From Octopus bimaculoides (Eukaryota), in assembly GCF_001194135.2 (NCBI RefSeq), contig NC_068984.1, forward strand, positions 28,235,754 through 28,275,435: a stretch of 39,682 nucleotides of DNA, given 5' to 3'. Each line of letters begins with the position of its first letter. Positions within the stretch are counted from its first letter, which is position 1. This document shows positions 12,345 through 24,763 of this stretch, in pieces. Under the pieces are notes generated by a model. It searched no databases and was not told the DNA's origin. It saw only the letters and a list, made by a program, of their open reading frames with translations. The position numbers and the translations under genes were made by a program.

Positions 12345-13330
12345 CTTAGCTATCCATCAAGCTTGATCACGTTGTCTCTTTCGGTGAACTGATAGATGAC
12401 TGTTCAGTCCAATTCTGGATCCACAAAATCTGCAGTAGATAGTGCTGAATCCGAAATTATGCTTCCAGCATAGCAGAAGGATGGTGGGTTTTTCAGAGGT
12501 ATATTATTTACATGCAGTTTTTATGACCTCAGTCTTTTGGTTAGGGTTTGAGGGTAAGTCCTAATTGTATGTAAGCATTGTTCAGGAACGACACCATTTT
12601 CTGGAGGCGTGATGGGTTTATATCAACCATATCAGCTAGATCAGCATACTAAAGTTCGAAAAAATTAAGACTTCTGGTGTTAAAGAGTCTGCTGTCGAAC
12701 CAGTACCAGATCTTCGGGAGCAATATTGATTCAGGATAAGAGACTTACAATGACCAGATAGATATTGAGAGGATAGGTGCCAGGATACATAATTCTCTTC
12801 ATGAGTTTCTTGAAATTCACTTCCCTTCTTTCTGCATTCTTCTGTTCATCTTGGATATCCATCTGCTAAATGTATCGAAGTAAGTACTCTTAAGGTTGAA
12901 CCAAAAATTGCTTTGACTGAGTTGTAAAAAGCGAATGTTTTAGTTTCAACAGAAAAGCGGTGAATTTCTTTTGATTTAACATATGCTGTGCTTCAAAGAA
13001 CATTTCTTTCCAATTTTTGAAAGAACGATTTGGATCTTGGATTTGCTGAGCAGGCATCGTGGGTGCGTGTTTTTTGTGAGTAACAGAGGTTTGATCAATG
13101 ACGATGATTCATTTAACCAGTCAAAGTTCTTAAGGGTAGTTGTGTCGAGGGTAGACTTGATGATCTGCTCCAAAATGTCTCTCCATCTTCGACCTTCTGC
13201 TCGGAAATCGAAACCCCTCCCCCATGCTTGAATGTAAATAGCCTTTATGATAAGAGAAAGCAGCAAGAGCTTTAACTGAATCTCCAGCTCACAATTGAAA
13301 AGCTATTGGATCCCTATCAACAAAACATCC
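12345..13330 (-). mobile_element. Internally deleted RTE-clade LINE relic with (AG)n-like tail
   Basis: Minus-strand motifs DWLNES..IKPLL, FYNSVKAIFG (12929-12901), YAD (~12648-12640), LGLT..KTEV, FCYAGSII and CGSRIGLNSH (12424-12396) appear in RTE order. Confidence 0.8.
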
Positions 13331-14767
13331 ACGATGTCTGGTATCTTGCAATATAAGAAATAACTAAATAAATATATACATATATACACGAAATTAATTT
13401 GTGTAAAACTCAATAAAAAGAGTACACGTATATTCACCCTTTATACCTCCAGACTTTACGGTTTTATATACTCCTCATGAAATAATTTAGCCTAACTATT
13501 ACGTGTAAGTTCCAGTTTATGATTTAAAAACTAATTAGAAATAAGTTCTCTTCTGAGTAGTAGTCAAGAAGTATGAAATATGTTGAGGCAATTTCCTTGC
13601 CTACTTCCAGGCATGTATGTGTTTATGTGTAATAGGGTCTTCTTGAATAAGCATTGCTATCAAGTGCCGTTAAAAATTACGTATTAAAATTACATCATTT
13701 TACTTTTAGTAATTGTTTTAGTTCTTTTATTGCAAAGAAGTTATTCATGTCCAGAGAGTTGTGGATGTTGAGAATGCGCGTTGCTTCAGACTCTGCTTGT
13801 AGGTATTTGTCTCAGTGCTGTGTCGTAATGACATGGTAGATCGTTAACCACATGTTATTTATCGAATCACTATGTTTATCTTTTGTATATCAGTACAATA
13901 TTGACATTAGTTTCCTTTCGTTGCATTCACGCCTTTATTCCTCTAGTGTGTCGCCTATGCTACGTACCCTTTTTTCTCTACACGTTGTGGAAGCGTTTTT
14001 ACATATATTGCGTACGGCGTACATCGATTGAACATGTGCATGTTCGTGGATAAATATTTGTGCTGAGATATGTCACTAAATGCTACCAACAAACGTGAGT
14101 GGATGGTAAAACGAATGGTTAAAAATAGACAGAACGAACATACATGCACACATATAGATATAGGTGGCCGTAATGAACCTAAAACCTGATGTCAAAATGT
14201 TCAGTACAAGTTCAGCACAACAATCCCACATTTATACATTCATCGGTATCCATCGTCACAGAAACAAATACAGCCAGACGAAAAGCAACAGCAACAAAAA
14301 ACGCAGATTCCAACATATACACAATGTAAACATAAATAGGAGAACAAAGGTTGAAAATTTCATATACTACAAAGTATAAAGAATAAAACGTAAGACGGAC
14401 AAACCCACATTGTTTCAGACGCAGTTTCTGAAGAAAAAGCTTTGCCCAGCCATTAAACAATTTCCCTATAATCTACATAACGAACTGATAAAGAAACTGA
14501 AACTGATGTTAAACACAACCAGGGCGTGTGTTTTTATTTGCATTGGGATCTACCAAAAATACATGAACATTTCAGCATACGACTTTTAATTAAGAATATT
14601 GCAAAATGGCAAAATAGTGCAGAAGTTTATATATATATATATGTATATGTATGTACATGTAAACAACACATATACGTGCATATATTATTTCCTGTGTGTA
14701 TTTCTAACACACACATATATATATATGTACATATATGTGTGTATGCATGTATATATTCACATTTATT

Positions 14768-14805
<38 letters not shown>

Positions 14806-15544
14806 TATCTACATATTTATAAACATACACTCCTACATAGATATGTAATATACATGAATGTGACTGTGTGTATGCGTGCATCTGCTCAAGATATTTATTT
14901 ACCTTTATCTGTACAGAACGAATGTAGATAATTTTTGTCTTCAATTTAGTCTCTTTATAAAATTTGGAAGAATGACTTTGAAAGGCACTAATTTTGTATT
15001 TATTCAATAGCATTCCAATTGGATTTGCGTTTCAATATCATATCTCTCCTCAGTTCAATTTCAACGTTGTATAACATATGTGTATCCAATAAACTGAGAA
15101 TAGTGCTCAGTACTAAACTATGTTAGTATTTAAAGCATCGTTCTAGTCATCAAAAGCAGACAAATTTAAAGGTGAATACAATTTTAAGTAATATTCATAA
15201 TTTCAGTTGCATAGATCTTGTCTGAACTAATTTTTAAAAAATCAAAGTTTGAAATATATGTATTTCCATAGCTAAAAATTTATAATTTCCTCTAAGTTTA
15301 TATTCCAAACTGTACTAACGAGAACTATGACATTCAAACGCGATGAATAATTAGAAAATAGATTAACGATATTTTATTTGTTTATTTTAAAATTTATTCT
15401 TTCAACATTCGTTAAAAATATATCAGTAGAAAATTTCATCTATATATCCCGAGCGTCCAATAACACTATCCGTATCACATCCTCACTTTGTTGTTTTTTT
15501 GTTATTGTTTTTTTTGAACTTATATATATATATATATATATTCT

Positions 15545-15587
<43 letters not shown>

Positions 15588-15715
15588 GTAGTAGTAGTAG
15601 TAGTATTTTATAAGCATTAAGCTAATAAAATACTATTATTGGTATTTACGGAATTGTAAAAATCGACACTGCTTAACAATACATATATATATGTATGTAT
15701 GCATACACACACACA

Positions 15716-17155
15716 CACTGCGCTTCAAATTATTAATGACATAACATTTTAAAAATTTTATTTAAGAACTACTTGTTGGAATTCAACGAAATTTCCATAG
15801 ACTGATTGCAATAGTTATATGCGTGTGGTGTGTAAAAACGTGAGGTTTTGCGCAGGTGTAAACAAACCGCCACCATTTGCATGTTTTCCACGAACTTTCA
15901 GTGTTCCAAATTATTAACGAGTGGTCGATAATCGTGTAATTGTATGTCGCAAATGTGATTTAGCTGCCTCAGAGAAATCCGCTATTACTTCTGAACTTGC
16001 AAAAGGTAAGTCAACATTAGAGATATCTAAAATAATTGGAAGGTATTGCCAAACCGTAAAAACATTTGTTACAACTCCTATGAAGATACGCAAGAGAACC
16101 GACAAGGGTCAGTCGAGGGCTGTTTCTCAACGTTCTCTGTCACGAATTTAGCGTGAAGCTATAAAGAAGCCAGGTCTTACAAGTGGAGAACTTTTCAAGC
16201 GCATTGGCGAAACAACTGTGTCCAGAACTACTCGATGTCGTCTCCTGAAAAAGGTCGATAAAAGGCCTCCCTTTATACAAAATACACATATAAAATCTCA
16301 CCTGAAATGGGCAGAAGATAACATGAAGGTCGACTTTTCAAAAGTTTTATTTACGAACAAAACTCATGCGACCCTTGATGGACCTGATAGTTGGAGCATG
16401 GGATGGGTTGTAAATGGACGAAATCGTCATCAACGCTCGAGACGCCAACGAGAAGCAGGAAGCAACCATGATTTGGGCAGGTATTATTGAAGGCATTATA
16501 GCTGATTCTTGGAAGGTACCGGACGGTGTTAAAATGACTGCTGACGTTTACATAGCCTTTCTGAGGGAGCACCTTGAACCTTGGTTAGAAAATGAAAGGA
16601 TCACCTTCAAGACAACCATAATATTCATGCAACATAAGGCGTTCTCTCACTCAATGAAGAAAACTACAGAGTATATGAAACAATTAGGCTTCTGTGGACC
16701 TCGGAAGATGAAGTGGCTTGCCTTTTTCCCGGACTTAAACCCAATAGGGAATATTCTATAGCAACGAGTTTACGAGAATGGACGCCAATTTAGGAGCAAA
16801 AATGAACTGTGGATGTATCTAGTAGTATAACATCAGAGGAGATCAAGCAATTAACATGTTCCATGGACCAGCGCCTTTTCCAACTTATTTAAGACAAGCA
16901 CCCATATATCCCTTACTAACCAGCTCACCAATCATATTTGAATGCTGTTTATTTCTATTTTTCCTCTATGTTTATGATTTGTATGTGTTCATTTCAGTAT
17001 GTGCATCAAACAATTACTTTGGTATTTTCTTGTTTGCATGAGTTTTAATTATACGTCGCTAATAATTTGAAGCAATGAAAGTTTATGTAAATTTGCTAAA
17101 TAGCCGTAGTTTCTGTTGTTTTACGAAACCTCACGTTTCATACACCGCGCGCATC
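15716..17155 (+). mobile_element. Tc1/mariner DNA transposon (DD37E spacing, TRT-like) with long IR/DR termini; right end truncated
   Basis: Outer repeat at 15716-15745 and inner repeat at 15893-15921. 17055-17155 is the reverse complement of ~15818-15921. Confidence 0.9.
15944..16920 (+). pseudogene. Tc1-family transposase pseudogene
   Basis: RKCDL..EKSAI (HTH start), FSKVLFTNKTHATLDGPDSW, MIWAGII, FMQHKAFSH and PDLNPIGN. In-frame stop at 16149, plus frameshifts. Confidence 0.92.
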
Positions 17156-17585
17156 TTATAATAATGGGCGTTATGTCTGTCTGCCTATCCGTTCCCTCTT
17201 CACGGTCAAATGGCAGGTCCGATGGTCACGATGATTCTCGGGTTTACGAAGGAGGTAATCAGAAGAGTTTTTAGCGAGAAAAATGTGAAAAAGTATGACT
17301 ATTTAGTGGATATTGAGTCTTGTATTAATAAATTACCTTTGATTTTTTTGTTAAAATTCCGGCGACGAGGATTAACTCTGGATTGCCCCTCTCTCCTGTA
17401 TAGTTCGTGAATTTAGAGGGTTTAGATGTGCGATACTATCCCTTTATTTCCTATCGTAGATGGGCGGATTTACTATCTTACTATAATGGGCGTTATGTCC
17501 GTCTGTCTGTGAATCTGTCCGTCACTTTGTCTGTTCCCTCTTTACGGCCAGTCGGCTGGAACAATGGTTACGATATTTTTCGGGA
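17154..17585 (+). mobile_element. Helitron-like non-autonomous element with a duplicated 5' module
   Basis: ATCTTA(TA/CT)ATAATGGGCGTTATGTC(T/C)GTCTG..GTTCCCTCTT.ACGG at ~17154 and ~17475. The element starts TC after an A, where the Tc1 right TIR stops. Confidence 0.45.
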
Positions 17586-17695
17586 TATGTGTGTTCGCAT
17601 GCATACATATATCTATATGTATGCAAGTACGTAATATATGTGTGTATAGGTACGTGCTTAAGAGTGCGTACGTATAAATTAGTCTACGTGTACAT

Positions 17696-17729
<34 letters not shown>

Positions 17730-18743
17730 TACATATATGTGTATAAACACGTGTATCGTTGGTATATAACAGAAGCTTTACCTCATTTAAGATGTATTTA
17801 TTAAGTCCTTTATACGTAAGCTGTTTGTTGCGATCTCAGATCACAAGTATATAATCTATATCCAAGATGGAATCACATTTCTCCCTGAGGATAAGCCTTA
17901 AAATGACAAGATATCTTCTTTAATGGAAATTTAATATTCGTTTATGCTAATAACCTCCTTTGGCTTTTGGGTTAGAAGTAAAAAACAGGCCCATCAAAAA
18001 ATATGTATTTTCACAGTTTAAGCTACTTTTAATCTGATCAGACTTCTATTGCTATAACTAATATGTGACAACAAATAACATAATTTTGAATAGAACACTA
18101 TTCAGAGCTTATCAGATTTATCTAGTTACGTAAATATAATTTTCTACTAAGTTTGAATTTCAAACTTTCTCTGATGAGCTGTGTGATTGAAACGGATATA
18201 CAACTAGAATGTTATTGAATGAATACAAAATAGGTTAGCAGCTATCATAAATATTTGTTTGTTTTTACATGTGTGCATCCCAATTTGGTAAAGAAAATAT
18301 ATATAGTTACATGGACAAGGATCTTAAATCGTTCAACAGAAGTATAACAAAAGGCATTTTGATAATGAAATTTTAGTTTCGATATAAATCACGTTCATTT
18401 ACGAAGGAAGGTGTTTGTGTTCAATAGATAATTCTTGCAAACACTTCATGTTACTTTCTAGGAAAGATGGAATTTCAACGTTGTGCTAAATGCCAAAAGT
18501 GCACTAGGCTGCAATTATTGATGCCTAATAAACTGATGTGTGTGCGCGTGCGCGCAATGTTTCATTACGTGTTTCAAGCATATAGCACTTGATAAGAACA
18601 GCAGAGTTGAATATTTCTACAAAGAAACAGATTGATGCTTATACACAGGTTATTTAAACTTCATCTCTTTGTAATAATCTAACCAGCAAAGCTGCACGCC
18701 TTTACTCATCATAAAATTTTTCATGCATTTTAATTTTTAAACA

Positions 18744-18962
18744 GGGCTGCGTGCTGGCAGAATCGTTAACACGCTGGACAAAATGCTGAGCGGTATTTCG
18801 CCCGTCGCTACGTTCTGAGTTCAAATTCCGCCGAGGTCGACTTTGCCTTTCATCCTTTCGGGGTGGATAAATTAAGTACCAGTTACGCACTGGGGTGGGG
18901 GTCAATGTAATCGATTACCCCTCCTCCAAATTTCAGGTCTTGTGCCTATAGTAGAAAGGATT
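18744..18962 (+). mobile_element. SINE family A (alternative 3' tail)
   Basis: gctggcagaatcgttaacacg...gttcaaattcc...gcctttcatcctttcgggg; the tail differs from the 22558 copy. Confidence 0.88.
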
Positions 18963-20237
18963 TTAGTTTTTTCAAGTATTTTTTTAAAACATTCATTTCT
19001 GTTTTATCATCGTGGAAAGCAATACAAGTATATGCAATCGCTTAGCACATAAAGACAAGTATCTATAGATACACCTACATTTACACACATATATTTTTTT
19101 TATGTTCGTGCTGCAAATACGTGTGAGTTAATATACGTGCAAAGAACAGAAGTTGCCCCATATAATGGATTGGTGCAAGATTATTTGCGAGTAGAATCCG
19201 TCAGGCAGTTGAGGTGTGCTCAAATACATTGTGCGTGTTTCTTGAAGTGTCTGCATTTTCCGACCTGCCTTTTAGATAGCGTTTGGTTTCTTGTCGGTTC
19301 TGAAGGATGACACTTTATATAATTGGTAAGATTTCTAATTTTACTATTCCTGCAAGGTCTTTAATTTTCAATAACCATTTTGGTATAATAATTGAGAGTC
19401 TTTCTATTTTATCACTGCATGTAGTCGAATAATTTAGCCATATATTTCTTTTCGAAATGCTTAAAACGAAGTAAGATCGCTGTATCTGTATTTGATCTCA
19501 CCTTCTGTCATATCTATATATCTTTCATGTACCACCTCAAGGTTTGGTTGGTTTGATATTTTTCTATTCTGCGAGTAAACGCAGCTTTGTACGTAATGTC
19601 TTTTGCATTACATTAAATATACAATAGTACCACGGTTTCCGAACAACTCTGATCACGAATAAATCGTGCTTTATCTCTTGTCTTTCTCATATTCATTTAA
19701 TACAGTAGTATTTCGGTTTACGAACGCCTGTGTGTATGTTTGTGTGTGTCGATATATTCGTGATCAGAGTTGTACGAAAACCGAGGTACGACTGTAGTTG
19801 GCCGACATTTGTCGATGCTTCTTCAATGGCAGTCTTTTGTAGAATTATAACATATATCCTTCATGTCAGTGATCTACTAAATAGTTTTTCTATATCTATG
19901 TTTAATGGGAAAGTATTTATCGATTAAGTTCAAGAAGGTTTTAGTTGTATTAAATTTCATATTTTATAAGGACTGCGTGCCGTTGATAATTTCTTATTTG
20001 TGATTGTCACATAAAATATGAAACTTTGTTCCTATTACTTCATACACATTTACACACACATGCGCACACACATATTTGTATGTATATGTGTGTATACATA
20101 CATATGCATATATATGTGCATTTATATGTATATAATGCATAAATATGCATACACACNNNNNNNNNNNNNNNNNNNNNNNNNNNNNNNNNNNNNNNNNNNN
20201 NNNNNNNNNNNNNNNNNNNNNNNNNNNNNNNNNNNNN

Positions 20238-20279
<42 letters not shown>

Positions 20280-22557
20280 CATACATACATACACGAGCCA
20301 TAGTAGTTATCTTAGTTATTTAAAAACACAAGTTTATTTCTGACTGGTGCTATCTACTATAAAATGTCAAAACTTTCGTCGCAGGAATGTAAAACCGCTC
20401 ACACTAAATTGGACAACTGCCCGTAAAAGAATTAGCTTATATATCAAAATGACTAGCTTTAACATGAATGAAATTACTAAAAAAGTAACATTGAACAGAA
20501 TGGCGTGAAAACCACCGAGGCTTAAAAAATCTGGCCAGTAAATGATTTTCAACAGATGTAGAGAAACAGTGTCAGGAAACATGTCGCAGGAAGTGTTCTT
20601 AGATGGTTAAAACAATTATCCGTCCATATTTTGCATAAAACATTCTTGGATATATTTATACCCATTCATTTTATTATTTCTTATTATAGCTTCCTCTCTT
20701 ATATTTCACAAGCCAAGGCAACCCATAAAAGTTTCTGTATAATCGTCGTCCGGGTGGCGATTACGGAACATTTTTCGTTAAGCTCAATGACTTATTATTA
20801 GTTTTTTATATATATATTTTTTACTATGTAATTATATTTGCACATATTTTTATTGTTAGGCAGACGTATGTCTAAACTGATTTTTGCAGGTTTCTAAGAT
20901 GTATGAAGCTTTTGAGATTGTCCTTACTGTTAATTTTACTTTTCTGACATCAGAAAATATTAGCTGTATCTTTTACCTTTTATATATGTATTTCTTGCAA
21001 TACTAAATTGATAGGCAACGTATAAAACGGAAGCAATTCTAATGTCTCTTATTCAGCAAGAGCTCCGGGGAAGGCAACATTTACATATTATTTTTATTAT
21101 TATAAATTTTTTATGATAACTTGACACAAAAGCAAACATTAATGCGTGTGTGTGTGTGTGAGTGTACAAATGTGCTGTGTATGTGTGTGTGCATATATAT
21201 TCATAAATGTAGGTTTCTATAAGCACATAAATGTTCACACATTTATATATGCATGTGTGCTGTGCATATACACATGTATACATATAGATATATGCATTTA
21301 TTTAAATATAGTAACGTACCAATATTAAGGGGTAAACAAACACAGATATTGATATGAAGATAGATAAACGGAGTGAGAAAAGCAAATGAGGTAAATTCTT
21401 CTATGCACAAATATTTATTCGTCTTCACCGATATATAGATTTTAATGTATATAAATAAAAACAGAAACAGATCCATGTCCATATCCATAAAAACCTATCA
21501 GAAATTATTTCGAAAAAAATGTCTGTTGACCCTCCAATTAAGACCTCTGATTATCTTAAACATACCAAAAATAACCTTGTATAGAAAGCAAGGTATGATT
21601 GACTGCTTTATGTTGTAGAGTTCACATAAAGAATTTTTTACATATGCCTTCATTCTGTACACACAACTTAAATAAATTTTGAAGATATCAGTGGTGCCAC
21701 TATTAAGCAGAATAAGCAGGAACGTAAAACTTTCTGGTTTTCGAATATTTTGCCGGAGCTTGATATATGAGTGAGGTCATAGCTCTATCTTTCTGTAAAG
21801 AGAGATTGTATGCATAATGTTTTGGTATATGCATGTTTATATATATATATATATATATATATNNNNNNNNNNNNNNNNNNNNNNNNNNNNNNNNNNNNNN
21901 NNNNNNNNNNNNNNNNNNNNNNNNNNNNNNNNNNNNNNNNNNNNNNNNNNNNNNNNNNNNNNNNNNNNNNNNNNNNNNNNNNNNNNNNNNNNNNNNNNNN
22001 NNNNNNNNNNNNNNNNNNNNNNNNNNNNNNNNNNNNNNNNNNNNNNNNNNNNNNNNNNNNNNNNNNNNNNNNNNNNNNNNNNNNNNNNNNNNNNNNNNNN
22101 NNNNNNNNNNNNNNNNNNNNNNNNNNNNNNNNNNNNNNNNNNNNNNNNNNNNNNNNNNNNNNNNNNNNNNNNNNNNNNNNNNNNNNNNNNNNNNNNNNNN
22201 NNNNNNNNNNNNNNNNNNNNNNNNNNNNNNNNNNNNNNNNNNNNNNNNNNNNNNNNNNNNNNNNNNNNNNNNNNNNNNNNNNNNNNNNNNNNNNNNNNNN
22301 NNNNNNNNNNNNNNNNNNNNNNNNNNNNNNNNNNNNNNNNNNNNNNNNNNNNNNNNNNNNNNNNNNNNNNNNNNNNNNNNNNNNNNNNNNNNNNNNNNNN
22401 NNNNNNNNNNNNNNNNNNNNNNNNNNNNNNNNNNNNNNNNNNNNNNNNNNNNNNNNNNNNNNNNNNNNNNNNNNNNNNNNNNNNNNNNNNNNNNNNNNNN
22501 NNNNNNNNNNNNNAAACCCCACGAGATAGGTGAAAATCCGCAAAGTAGAAACAGTAC

Positions 22558-22785
22558 GGTCAGCTGGCAGAAACGTTAGCACGCCGGGAGAAATGCTTAG
22601 CCATATTTCGTCTGCCGTTACCTTCTGAGTTCAATTTCCGCCGAGGTCGACTTTGCCTTTCATCCTTTCGAGGTCGATAAATTAAGTACCAGCCACACAC
22701 TGGGGTCGATGTAATCGGCTTAATCCCTTTGTCTGTCCTTGTTTGTCCCCTCTATGTTTAGCCCCTTGTGGGCAATAAAGAAATA
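22558..22785 (+). mobile_element. SINE family A, full length, with 11-bp TSD
   Basis: AGAAACAGTAC at 22547-22557 and 22786-22796. Confidence 0.92.
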
Positions 22786-23201
22786 AGAAACAGTACTGTA
22801 CTGTTTTTGTTTTTTTTTTCAATTTTTATAATCTGTATATATTTATTTTATTATAAATGCAAAACAACACCACGCGGGAATCGACGTAAGCTTAAATAAT
22901 AAACCGCGACATGTGAACTGCGATATGGCCCCCATCTATGTATATGTACCCCATCTATGTACCCTATTTTATTTATAGTCTGTGCATGTCAGTTTTCAGA
23001 ATACATACACCATACTCCTTCGTGTAACAAGGGGCCGAGGAAGAGACAACCAGAATGTTTAGTGAGAAGAAGAACGTTTAACGTGACACACTGTCCCCCG
23101 AAAAAAATCTGCGCTGCTTTGGAAAATTAGACGTAAAATGATGATAATGGAGTTTATGTTATACATGTGTGTATATGCGATGTTATACATGTGTGTACAT
23201 G

Positions 23202-23561
23202 CGCAATGGCCCAGTGGTTAGGGCAGCGGAATCGCGGTTTCGATTCCCAGACCGGGCGTTGTGAGTGTTTATTGAGCGAAAACACCTAAAGCTCCACGAG
23301 GCTCCGGCAGGGGATGGTGGCGAACCCTGCTGTACTCTTTCACCACAACTTTCTCTCACTCTTTCTTCCTGTTTCTGTTGTGCCTGTAATTCAAAGGGTC
23401 AGCCTTGTCACACTGTGTCATGCTGAATACCCTCGAGAACTATGTTAAGGGTACACGTGTCTGTGGAGTGCTCAGCCACTTGCACATTAATTTCACGAGC
23501 AGGCTGTTCCGTTGATCGGATCGACTGGAACCCTCGACGTCGTAAGCGACGGAGTGCCAAC
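23202..23561 (+). mobile_element. tRNA-derived SINE family D (single copy here)
   Basis: A-box-like TGGCCCAGTGGTTAGG and B-box-like GGTTTCGATTCCC with the anticodon arm missing; GC/CpG-rich body ending GGAGTGCCAAC. Confidence 0.7.
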
Positions 23562-24322
23562 CATATGCGATCGCATGGAGTTCATATCCCCCCTCCCCAA
23601 TGGACACTCAGTAGTCGGAATACAGAAAATATATTTAGTTTTATAACGATCATACGAATAAAATATTTTGCCTAATTAATAGCTTAGTCAGTCTATCATA
23701 GACCTATAATCTCAGATGCGACATTTTGGATCTAGGACGACTCTTCACAATGACTAAAGAGTAAAGGAATTGTACGCGCTAAGACTTTAGAAGAAAACTG
23801 GAAATGATTCTTTTTCTAAGGAAAACTTGTCTTTGGTGCAAGTGCGATTGTTCATATTTGAGACCTGCTCTCTGGTACAAGAACCGGTAAATTTTATTTA
23901 GTACATGAAAAAGAGAAAGAATGAAGGAAAGACAGGCAGGAAGAATAAAAGAAAGGTAAAGTGATTAAGATTAAAAGAAAGTAAGGCAGAAAGAGAGAAA
24001 ACAAAATAAAAGGGAAGAAAATACGAAATGAAAATGTGAAGGAGTAAAGAAATAAAGGGCTGAAAGAGTGGAGTACACCAACAGCAAACGGCGAGAAACA
24101 ATTGGAATAGATGGAGCTACAGTGCCGACCCTCTTATTATTGCCTAGACCAGTACTAAAGAATGTGAGAAGGGATGAAATGCATCAGGTTTAAAACGCTA
24201 CAACGAGTTAACAGGAATGTTTCGGATATACATATACAACAAAATCTTCTCAATCAGAAGCTACGAGGAGGCAAGAACGAATGATTTTTTTATAAATGGA
24301 ATAAAAACCACAATCTACTATA

Positions 24323-24492
24323 GTTCTATATTTAAGAGACGAGGAATTATGTACATTATTAACATTTGACGGATATTTGTCCTCATCTTGTTTGTTGTTA
24401 AAACAGCGTTTCGGCTGATATACCCTCCAGTCTTCATCAGGTGTGTTGGGGAAATTTCGAACCTGGGTTCCCATTCCTAAGGTATTTTTCGA

Positions 24493-24536
<44 letters not shown>

Positions 24537-24763
24537 GGGGTGTAGTGGTTAAGAGCGCAGGCTACTAACCCCAAGAATTCGAGTGACCTGGCAGAGACCT
24601 GAGCAATAATAATAATAATAATAATAACAACATCGAAAAATACCTTAAGAATGAGAACCCAGGTTCGAAATTTCCCCAAGAAGGTTGGAGGGTATATCAG
24701 CCGAAACATTGTGTTAACAACAAACAAGATGAGGACAAATATCCGTCAAATGTAAATAATGTA
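24323..24763. mobile_element. Inverted two-arm non-autonomous retroelement (Penelope-like pLTR arms + tRNA-like head) with 14-bp TSD
   Basis: 24350-24533 is the reverse complement of 24605-24765 apart from small indels. TSD CACAATCTACTATA at 24309-24322 and 24764-24777. tRNA-like segment at 24535-24603. Confidence 0.8.
24400..24447 (-). ncRNA. Minimal type I hammerhead ribozyme motif, probably inactivated
   Basis: Minus strand reads ACAC CUGAUGA A GACUG GAGGGUAUAU CAGCC GAAAC GCU GUUUU. Core and stem II are present; the cleavage triplet is GCU rather than NUH. Confidence 0.65.

Noticed and set aside
19307-19331. MTLYIIG start resembling diphthine synthase DPH5 (MLYLIG)
   Set aside because: Only 6-7 residues; no downstream exon in the window matches DPH5.
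20367-20582. 71-aa hydrophobic minus-strand ORF after an ETS-like motif
   Set aside because: Length and composition are expected by chance in AT-rich DNA; no homology recognised.
24535-24603. Functional tRNA gene
   Set aside because: The T-arm/B-box is broken and there is no acceptor stem; it is the head of a repeat.
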